A DNA stretch of 60,486 nucleotides from positions 1-60,486 of IMG/VR virus record IMGVR_UViG_3300012154_000001. One strand, 5' to 3'. The stretch's first letter is position 1, and every line of letters starts with the position of its first letter. Source of the stretch: a virus. Below are positions 16,750-23,455 of this stretch, in pieces. Both the position numbers and the translations under genes were made by a program. The notes under the pieces are model-generated. The model saw nothing but the letters and a program-made list of their open reading frames with translations. It did no database searches and was not told the DNA's origin.

Positions 16750-16961
16750 GTATCTTGCCGGCAATATAATGCGTAGCATGATACGAAAATGATACGTTTT
16801 ATTTTGGTATATACTGTGAAAATCATTTTTTCGGATACTAAGCATTAAAATATATACCAAAAATATGTAAATTATGTAAAAATATAAAATCATCGATTCC
16901 GGCGGAATCATTCAAAAAAGGCTGGAAAGTGATGATTTTACGCCATTTTTTGCATTTAGAT
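16750..16961. other. Probable attP region (AT-rich, repeat-dense, 3' of int)
   Basis: Palindrome TTGCCGGCAA at 16755-16764. ATGATACG at 16778 and 16789. 12-bp inverted repeat TTTTGGTATATA / TATATACCAAAA at 16802-16813 and 16851-16862. Confidence 0.4.
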
Positions 16962-18029
16962 TTAGCTCGTGATACTATTTTGATACGATTGTGCCAATGC
17001 ATCGGCCACGTCCTTGTGCTTGTTTGGATATAGATGCCCGTAGGTGCTGTTAACTATCTCAACAGTATCTCCAATTCTTTCGGCTATCAACAAGGGGGAA
17101 AAACCCAGCTCTATAAGAAGGGAAACATGACTATGTCTAATATCATGTACTCGAATTTGCTTGATGCCGGATTGCTGACAACCCATGTTCATTGTTCTTC
17201 TTAATTTCGAACGCGAGAACAAAAATAACCTTTCTCTGGACTGAACGTCATAAATATGGCTCATGTAATCTTCGATTAGATCGATCAAAAAAGGCGGCAA
17301 CGTAACAACACGATTGCTGTTATCTGTTTTTGGCGGCGTAATTATGTCTTTGCCATCGTCTCGATAGTGAGTCTTCGACACGGTTAAGGTTTTGTTTTTC
17401 AAATCAATATCTTTGCTTGGATTAATAGCCATCATCTCGCCAAAACGCAAACCTGTGTAAAAAAGTATCTGAAAGGCCAGCCTGGTTTCCGGCTTTTTAA
17501 TATATTCGAGAAAAGTTATAAATTCTGATTGTGTCCAAAATTCCATGCGCCCTGCCTTTGATTTGCCTATAGTTTTTACCGGCGCACATGGATCAGTGTT
17601 CATTTTATAGTACCTCTTTGCAAAATTAAAAATAGCATTAAGGTCTTTGTTTATCAGCCTCTGGTATGTTGGACTAAATTCCTTTGTCATTATAATCCCC
17701 TGCCATTTTCGGATATCAGCGGGCGTTATTTCGTTTGCACGTTTTTCCTCAAAGTAAGGCAGTATATGATTCTTGATACGGCTTTCCTTGCCCTTAACCG
17801 TAGATGCTTTGATATGTAAGGCGATATCTTCCCTGTAGAGTGCGCAGAGGGCACGAAAGGTCATATCAGGGCTTCCTTGCTGCCGTTCCAGAAAATCCCG
17901 CTCCCAAGCGGCAGCCTCTTTCTTTGTGGAAAAACCGCGCTTCATTTTCTGATCAGACTTTCCCGTCCAATCGGTGTATGAGAATTTGCAGTACCACGTT
18001 TTTCTGGCTTCATCTTTGTATGCTGGCAT
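16962..18029 (-). CDS. int: Tyrosine integrase
   Basis: 355 aa. N-terminal arm/SAM-like domain (WYCKFSYTDWTGK...). C-terminal HDIRHSHVSLLIELG and GHLY catalytic region. Confidence 0.9.
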   Translation of the reverse strand: MPAYKDEARKTWYCKFSYTDWTGKSDQKMKRGFSTKKEAAAWERDFLERQQGSPDMTFRALCALYREDIALHIKASTVKGKESRIKNHILPYFEEKRANEITPADIRKWQGIIMTKEFSPTYQRLINKDLNAIFNFAKRYYKMNTDPCAPVKTIGKSKAGRMEFWTQSEFITFLEYIKKPETRLAFQILFYTGLRFGEMMAINPSKDIDLKNKTLTVSKTHYRDDGKDIITPPKTDNSNRVVTLPPFLIDLIEDYMSHIYDVQSRERLFLFSRSKLRRTMNMGCQQSGIKQIRVHDIRHSHVSLLIELGFSPLLIAERIGDTVEIVNSTYGHLYPNKHKDVADALAQSYQNSITS

Positions 18030-18099
18030 TGTTTTGATTACCTCCTTTTCTATTTGTCGAATAAATCAAAAAAAAGTCGAACTTATGTTCTTATTTTTA

Positions 18100-18128
18100 T
18101 TGACACGGCGTTATATCAAAGCTATAAT
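18100..18128 (+). promoter_or_regulatory. Perfect-consensus sigma-70 promoter (TTGACA, 17 nt spacer, TATAAT) facing the 3' end of the repressor gene
   Basis: Read directly. T-rich UP-like stretch upstream. No terminator before the convergent repressor gene. Confidence 0.6.
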
Positions 18129-18190
18129 ATACACATCAGCAAATTTGTAAGGAATATCTGATTTGCCGGCAATGAAAGGGGTGTATCAAT

Positions 18191-18301
18191 GTGGAAAGTC
18201 TCAAAAATGAACTACATGGATTAATCGACAAAATACATAGCGCAAAATTCCTGAAAAGTCTCATTAGTTTAATAAGGAGTGTTTTAGAGAGCGAGGATTA
18301 G
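18191..18301 (+). CDS. Possible micro-ORF (36 aa, GTG), 3' end overlapping the repressor gene
   Basis: VESLKNELHGLIDKIHSAKFLKSLISLIRSVLESED. A competing 11-codon ORF starts at ATG 18189. Coding status uncertain. Confidence 0.25.
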   Translation: MESLKNELHGLIDKIHSAKFLKSLISLIRSVLESED

Positions 18302-18699
18302 TCTTCGCTCTCTTTTTCTACCCTTTCTACTCTGTCGATACAAGCCTTGAATTCCTCATAGATACTTTCCCATTGTTCGTCCGGAAGTGTTTCTACTATC
18401 TTTAGAAGCATTGTAGCCATATTCTTCTTAATGGGACTTCCCACTTCCATTATCTTCCCGAAGCGTCCATATGTTTCTTCTTCTATGGAAAGATCTTTTT
18501 TCATATTGCCCTTGCCGGTCCGCAACCAAACTTCGCTTATACTTAATTTTTCGCATATTTTCGAAATGTGTATGTCCTTGGGGCTCCTTGTTCCCAACTC
18601 CCACATTGCTACCGTGGACGAACCGACCAATATTTCCTTGCTAAATTCCGCCTGGCTCATATTGAGGCTTTCCCTTACTTTTTTTATACGTTCTTTCAA
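18298..18699 (-). CDS. cI-like repressor (XRE HTH, no peptidase domain), TTG start
   Basis: HTH segment is LNMSQAEFSKEILVGSSTVAMWELG. AAGGAGGTG lies 7 nt before the TTG. Divergent from the early promoter. Confidence 0.75.
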   Translation of the reverse strand: MKERIKKVRESLNMSQAEFSKEILVGSSTVAMWELGTRSPKDIHISKICEKLSISEVWLRTGKGNMKKDLSIEEETYGRFGKIMEVGSPIKKNMATMLLKIVETLPDEQWESIYEEFKACIDRVERVEKESED

Positions 18700-18721
18700 A
18701 TCAACACCTCCTTATAAATAT

Positions 18722-18750
18722 AATATATCATATTTTCGCTCACTAAGCAA
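18722..18750 (-). promoter_or_regulatory. Repressor-maintenance-type promoter (TTGCTT, 17 nt spacer, TATATT)
   Basis: Minus-strand read. The -35 element overlaps the first AAGCAAGTA repeat (18745-18753). Confidence 0.5.
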
Positions 18751-18770
18751 GTAAAAAATTAAAAAAAGTG

Positions 18771-18799
18771 TTGACATCTCACTCACGCAGTGGTAATAT
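18771..18799 (+). promoter_or_regulatory. Early rightward promoter (TTGACA, 17 nt spacer, TGgTAATAT)
   Basis: Read directly. Flanked by AAGCAAGTA at 18745 and 18809 and by CTCAC/GTGAG motifs that could be operators. Confidence 0.6.
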
Positions 18800-18874
18800 A
18801 TACTTACAAAGCAAGTAGAAAGTGAGGTGAGACACATAATATTGAAAATCAAAGATGTTGAGAGAAAGGAGATT

Positions 18875-19627
18875 ATGAACGAGTTAATTAGAATCAATTA
18901 TGAAACAGAACAGCCGACAGTATCGGCAAGGGATTTACACGAAGCATTAGAAATTAATACACCATACACAATGTGGTTTGAGCGAATGACAGGTTATGGT
19001 TTTGAAGAAGGAAAAGACTTTCTCACAAAAATGTTAGAAAGTACTGGCGGTCGTCCAATGACCGATAATGACATATCAGTCAATATGGCAAAAGAAATTT
19101 GCATGATTCAGCGTTCCGAAAAAGGCAAACAATACCGCCAGTATTTTCTTGACTTGGAAGATGCTTGGAATACTCCCGAGCAGGTCATGGCCAGAGCATT
19201 AAAGATGGCCGAGCAATCCATGGCTAGCCTGAAAGACCGCTGTCGGTTCTTGGGTGGGCAGGTAGTGGAGCAACAAAAAGTGATCGAGGAGTTGCAACCA
19301 AAAGCATCGTATTATGATTTGATTCTCCAGTGCAAGGATTTGATTGCGACAACGATTATCGCCAAGGATTATGGGATGTCAGCAATAGCATTCAATAAAA
19401 TGCTTCACGAAATGGGAATTCAGTATCAACAGAGCGGAACTTGGGTTCTATATGCAAAATACCAGGGACAAGGGTATTTGAAGCCAAAGACTCATAATTA
19501 CGCCGATACCGCAGGCATTCAACATTCAAGAGAGCATTCCTATTGGACGCAGAAGGGCAGATTGTTTCTTTACGATTTATTGAAACAAGAATGTATATTG
19601 CCCTTGATGGAAAGGAAGATTGCTTGA
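18875..19627 (+). CDS. Antirepressor (AntA N-terminal domain + KilAC/ANT C-terminal domain)
   Basis: Start at MNELIRINY (AAAGGAG SD). Motifs VSARDLHEALEINTPYTMWFERM and YYDLILQCKDLIATTIIAKDYGMSA. Confidence 0.8.
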   Translation: MNELIRINYETEQPTVSARDLHEALEINTPYTMWFERMTGYGFEEGKDFLTKMLESTGGRPMTDNDISVNMAKEICMIQRSEKGKQYRQYFLDLEDAWNTPEQVMARALKMAEQSMASLKDRCRFLGGQVVEQQKVIEELQPKASYYDLILQCKDLIATTIIAKDYGMSAIAFNKMLHEMGIQYQQSGTWVLYAKYQGQGYLKPKTHNYADTAGIQHSREHSYWTQKGRLFLYDLLKQECILPLMERKIA

Positions 19628-19655
19628 AAATAAAAAAAGAAAGCGAGGTGAGTAA

Positions 19656-19814
19656 GTGAAAAAGTCCAAAAAATTGAAAGAGCGTCTTGATCAGATTGAA
19701 GAAATCTTGAACGGAACGGATGAATTGTCCCCTAAGGAGAAACAGATGTTGTTTACGACAATATCTACTATATTTAATCTGCATACCATTGCAAGTGATG
19801 AAAAAGTTGGATAA
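19656..19814 (+). CDS. Hypothetical small protein (52 aa, GTG)
   Basis: Not in the ORF track. GAGGTGAG SD. Confidence 0.35.
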   Translation: MKKSKKLKERLDQIEEILNGTDELSPKEKQMLFTTISTIFNLHTIASDEKVG

Positions 19815-19830
19815 GAAAAGGAGAAAAACT

Positions 19831-19986
19831 ATGAAAGCAACAATCAAGGCAACACCCAAAGAAATTGCCGCCCTCATAATTGAATTACAAGGGCGGCAGG
19901 CAGCCCCGGCTTATGAGACATTTGCGCCGGAGTTAAAGCTTTCGCTTAATCCGAAAGCCACTCGTGATACTGCCGAAGAATCTTAA
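19831..19986 (+). CDS. Hypothetical small protein (51 aa)
   Basis: Internal ATG with an AAAGGAGAA SD. Confidence 0.4.
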   Translation: MKATIKATPKEIAALIIELQGRQAAPAYETFAPELKLSLNPKATRDTAEES

Positions 19987-20149
19987 ACGTCATTTCAATA
20001 TTGGAATTCAATACAAATGACAAGAATTCTTCAACGGTTTCATCTGTGAGGGGTAGCCGGATTTGAAGCATCCGTGCATTTAATTCCCTCGACCATTCAT
20101 CCTGATGTTCTTGGGTGATTGACTGACAGAAATCGTCAAATGATTTCAT
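19946..20149 (-). CDS. Hypothetical protein on the opposite strand within the early region
   Basis: 67 aa with a GAAGGGA SD and its own promoter. Its 3' end overlaps 19831-19986 by 41 nt. Confidence 0.5.
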   Translation of the reverse strand: MKSFDDFCQSITQEHQDEWSRELNARMLQIRLPLTDETVEEFLSFVLNSNIEMTFKILRQYHEWLSD

Positions 20150-20199
20150 TGTGATTTTTTCCCTTCTTTTGTACTCGGCATGCCAGTGCCTGTACTTAG

Positions 20200-20228
20200 A
20201 TTATAGAAGGACTTGGAGAAAATAGCAA
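20200..20228 (-). promoter_or_regulatory. Promoter (TTGCTA, 17 nt spacer, TATAAT) for 19946-20149
   Basis: Minus-strand read of 20200-20228. Confidence 0.5.
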
Positions 20229-20253
20229 CAATTGTCAAAAAGGAGGTTACGAT

Positions 20254-20457
20254 ATGCAATCGCCAATCATGCGGGCGACAGAGGTCGCGGAACTAATGAA
20301 CGTATCACCGAATACGGCTTACAAGATTATTAAGCAGTTTAATGAAGAATTGAAGGCGAAAGGGTTTTACATTGTGGCCGGACGGATATCACGGAAGTAC
20401 TTTTATGAGCGCACCGGTTTGGAGTTGCCGGATGCCGGAGGCAAAGGCAATGATTAG
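20254..20457 (+). CDS. Excisionase-family / HTH_17-like DNA-binding protein
   Basis: ATEVAELMNVSPNTAYKIIKQFNEELKAKGFYIVAGRISRKYFYERTG is typical of Xis-like proteins from phages and conjugative transposons. Confidence 0.65.
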   Translation: MQSPIMRATEVAELMNVSPNTAYKIIKQFNEELKAKGFYIVAGRISRKYFYERTGLELPDAGGKGND

Positions 20458-20790
20458 CAATGCGCCGATTCGCGGCGCTAGGAGTGGCAAAGGAAGTGCG
20501 AGGCTCAGCATAGCATGGCAAAGGATTGGCAAGGCCAGGATGAGCGCGGCAAGGGAATTGCAGGGCATGGAGCGGCGGAGGAATGGCACTTCAATGCAAT
20601 GGAATTGAGCAGCGGAGAGTTGCAGTGATTGGCAAGGGAATGGCAACGCAATGAGATGCGATGGCAAAGCTGCGCGACACAACGCTTAGCAATGGCAGAG
20701 CAAGGCGCTACGGGGCATTGATTAGCGAAGGCAAGGCGAAGGGTGGTATTGCAAAGGAAACGCAGCGCGTTGCAAAGGCACGGCACAGGA
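20435..20790 (+). repeat. Non-coding array of same-orientation GGCAARG(G/C) motifs
   Basis: GGCAA starts at 20440, 20446, 20486, 20517, 20528, 20548, 20631, 20642, 20663 and 20730. TGCAAAGG at 20750 and 20771. No SD-led ORF; stop-poor in several frames on both strands. Confidence 0.8.
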
Positions 20791-20829
20791 TTCAAAAGCT
20801 AAAACATCAAAAAGAAGAGGAGAGCAGAA

Positions 20830-21471
20830 ATGAAGGAATTGAAAGTAAGAGTAACATTTACGGAGGAAATTTTGGGAACAGCAAGCAGTGACCCAGAGAT
20901 TCACAGCACATTCATTGCATCTAACGCACCTGACGCACCAACACGGGCCGAAGAAGTCGCGGCAATCGGAGTTGATGAAGTGATTGAAAAATCAATGACC
21001 ATCTTCCCGCGCAACAAAGAAGGGCATCCCATTATGTGGGATTATCAGGTGAAGGGATTTTTCAAGGATGCATGCGGCTGTTTGCGAAAAGTGCCAAATT
21101 CGGCATCATCAAAAATCAAGGCTTATAAAAAGGAAATTGATGGATTGATTTTCGTAAAAGAGCGGATGATACCAATCGTTTTTACCGGAGAGATCGGAAA
21201 CTGCCAGCGTCCGCTAAGAGGGCAGACAGCGCAGGGCGAACGAATTGCCCTAGCAAACAGCGAAACTATTCCGGCGGGTGCCTACATCGATTTTACGATC
21301 TCGTGCCTGTGTGATGCGCATGTTAATGCCGTGAGGGAATGGCTTGATTACGGAGAACTGAGGGGCATGGGACAGTGGCGGAACAGCGGGAAAGGCCGCT
21401 ATTTGTGGGACGAGATGGATGATTTGGGCAATGTGATTGGAGGAAACCGTGACTTTGGAGCAAGAAAATAA
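20830..21471 (+). CDS. Hypothetical early protein with C-terminal GxGxxxxxGxG loop
   Basis: 213 aa with a GAGGAG SD. GMGQWRNSGKG near the C-terminus resembles a RAMP-type glycine-rich loop. Family not established. Confidence 0.5.
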   Translation: MKELKVRVTFTEEILGTASSDPEIHSTFIASNAPDAPTRAEEVAAIGVDEVIEKSMTIFPRNKEGHPIMWDYQVKGFFKDACGCLRKVPNSASSKIKAYKKEIDGLIFVKERMIPIVFTGEIGNCQRPLRGQTAQGERIALANSETIPAGAYIDFTISCLCDAHVNAVREWLDYGELRGMGQWRNSGKGRYLWDEMDDLGNVIGGNRDFGARK

Positions 21472-21589
21472 GAAAATCGATTCGGAGTACTGTTACATCG
21501 TCAATGACGGCGCACTCAATCCCTTCGTGGTGAGGACTAATCCCGCCCGTGTGCGGCCGGAGAGGGAGCCGGAAGTAATCAGCGAATAA
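21449..21589 (+). CDS. Possible micro-ORF (46 aa, GTG)
   Basis: GGAGG lies 5 nt upstream. Overlaps the end of the previous gene. Weak support. Confidence 0.2.
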   Translation: MTLEQENKKIDSEYCYIVNDGALNPFVVRTNPARVRPEREPEVISE

Positions 21590-21607
21590 AGAATAGGAGA
21601 GAAGACA

Positions 21608-22231
21608 ATGAAGCTTAATCAGATTATCAAAACATGCAATGTCACAGTATTCGGATTTCCAGCATTCAAGGAACTCGAAAACATGGGAAACGAAATCGGA
21701 AATCAAGATGCTGTATCCACGGTTATATCCACGTTACCAGCGGCAGTCATGCTACATATCTATGATATTGGCGAATATTTTGCTCCTATCATACCGCGCG
21801 GTACAATCTTCGGGAACACAAGTGAGATTATCGAAGCTGACCTGGATGTTAATCACGTATCTGTATTTACGGCCCCCGGCCTTGACACATATGGCCCGGA
21901 CGAATTATTGATAGTAACGCAGCACAAGGCCACTATAGATATTTTGTCTGGCATGCACCCAGGAGCACCTGTTATAACGGCATCCGTATCCGCTGATGAC
22001 ATTAGGGACAAGGTGGTTATCGGAGTGTTGCCGCCGCACTTGATTCAGTTTTGCAAAGCCTTTTCAGCCGCCACAATCAAGGATTATAACGTGGCTGTGG
22101 ATGGGGATATATCTGCGGATGACTTGGGGGATAGGCTGGAGGTAATGTCGCCCATTACCGTCAAGATAAACCGAGAAGGGAGATCAATGATATGGAATGG
22201 GGAGAAGTTACAGAAAAGATTGCGCGGTTAG
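21608..22231 (+). CDS. Hypothetical early protein; C-terminal half Csx16/VVA1548-like
   Basis: LLIVTQHKATIDIL...ADDIRDKVVIGVLPPHLIQFC...GDISADDL resembles the Csx16 pattern (RHpGA..W, GDvViGtLPvhL, RG.eLs). Resemblance judged by eye only. Confidence 0.5.
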   Translation: MKLNQIIKTCNVTVFGFPAFKELENMGNEIGNQDAVSTVISTLPAAVMLHIYDIGEYFAPIIPRGTIFGNTSEIIEADLDVNHVSVFTAPGLDTYGPDELLIVTQHKATIDILSGMHPGAPVITASVSADDIRDKVVIGVLPPHLIQFCKAFSAATIKDYNVAVDGDISADDLGDRLEVMSPITVKINREGRSMIWNGEKLQKRLRG

Positions 22232-22377
22232 AAAAAGAGAATCACGAGTTGAAAAAGGAAGCTCAGAAATATCGAGAAAAAAGCTACTCCTTAAGCACTA
22301 CGGTTCACGAATTGGGCCGCCAGAATGACAAGCTACTGGCAATCATTGAACACTTAGCTAAAGGCGTAGGAAGGTAA
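22192..22377 (+). CDS. Hypothetical coiled-coil protein
   Basis: 61 aa. Overlaps the upstream gene by 40 nt. Confidence 0.4.
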   Translation: MEWGEVTEKIARLEKENHELKKEAQKYREKSYSLSTTVHELGRQNDKLLAIIEHLAKGVGR

Positions 22378-22399
22378 AAACAGTAAAGGAGGCAGAAAT

Positions 22400-22669
22400 A
22401 TGAAATTGAGAGAATTAGCCGGAGTGTTGACTTGTACAAAGACACTTAAATTAAATTTTTACGACGGAAACGAGACAGGCGAACCGGTTGAAGTAAAGAC
22501 GGGAGATAGCGATGCGGACTGTGTGAAACTATGTGAGACATATGGCGGTTATCGCGTGTTTGTAATACATGAAGTGTCTATGGGAAGCGTGCACATAACA
22601 TTAGAGACGCTTAACTACGGCAAAAGCAAAACCCCAGCTGCGGAGTCAGCCGGGGAATCGAGTAACTGA
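22400..22669 (+). CDS. Hypothetical protein
   Basis: 89 aa with an AAAGGAGG SD. Confidence 0.5.
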   Translation: MKLRELAGVLTCTKTLKLNFYDGNETGEPVEVKTGDSDADCVKLCETYGGYRVFVIHEVSMGSVHITLETLNYGKSKTPAAESAGESSN

Positions 22670-22718
22670 AAATTATTATACACCCTTTATTATAGGGAGA
22701 AAGAAAGAGGTTGTCAAG

Positions 22719-23264
22719 ATGGTAGCAAAAAAAGATGTGGTTATGTTTGTAGAGAAAAAGCATTCGGCGGCACTCAAGGCCGTCAAAGAGGAATACATGA
22801 GTGCGGTAAAAGCAGAAGAAGGCCGCATTGCATCAGAAAGCGGCGTTGTTGCTTGTGCACACAGGATTGAGAGGGCATTGTGTAAAGTACATCAAGAACA
22901 TGCTGTGTTTGCAGATCGGGTTGGAGAATCTGCGGAAATGTCCTATTCGAATGATTATCGGACGCTGGGTGCGCAATTGAATAGGCTTGGAAGCGTGGAG
23001 GAGGGTACCATCAAATGTATTAATTTCGAGAATGGGGTTCTGACAAAACTGGAAAAGATGCACAACGAGGTAACGAGGGGCGTCAACGCTAACTATGCGG
23101 CGGTGCTCGAAGAGGTCAAAAACAAGACGAACGCCAAAAGAGCTATCGCCTATTTGAAAGAAATTGGTTTCGATGTTTCGGAGCTGGAGCAGATGGAGCA
23201 CACGGAGATCGCAACCAAGCTTGATACCCGGTATCTGTTTGTGGGAGGAAACAAGGATGCGTGA
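22719..23264 (+). CDS. Hypothetical protein
   Basis: 181 aa with an AGAGG SD. Confidence 0.5.
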   Translation: MVAKKDVVMFVEKKHSAALKAVKEEYMSAVKAEEGRIASESGVVACAHRIERALCKVHQEHAVFADRVGESAEMSYSNDYRTLGAQLNRLGSVEEGTIKCINFENGVLTKLEKMHNEVTRGVNANYAAVLEEVKNKTNAKRAIAYLKEIGFDVSELEQMEHTEIATKLDTRYLFVGGNKDA

Positions 23265-23454
23265 TGATGATGTAATCAGAATACCGGCCAGAAAAAAGGA
23301 GCCGGTACAGGGACAGCAGGTGATCCGCGTGTCAGAAGAGGCATACAACGCGCTGGTGGACATCTACAATGAATCAACGCTGCCGATGAAGGAATTGGCG
23401 TCTATATTAATTTTGAACGCGTCCAAGCGCGTGGTTTTCGATAAGGAGGGATGA
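23257..23454 (+). CDS. Hypothetical small protein
   Basis: Internal ATG 8 nt after GGAGG; 65 aa. Confidence 0.45.
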   Translation: MRDDDVIRIPARKKEPVQGQQVIRVSEEAYNALVDIYNESTLPMKELASILILNASKRVVFDKEG

Positions 23455-23455
23455 A

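Noticed and set aside
20339-20904. Five overlapping ORFs of 60-97 aa on both strands across the GGCAARG region (20339-20521, 20372-20608, 20389-20682, 20505-20795, 20661-20891, 20722-20904).
   Set aside because: None has a Shine-Dalgarno. They overlap each other in several frames, and their products are low-complexity repeats of the motif translation. This is typical of stop-poor, GC-rich non-coding repeat DNA.
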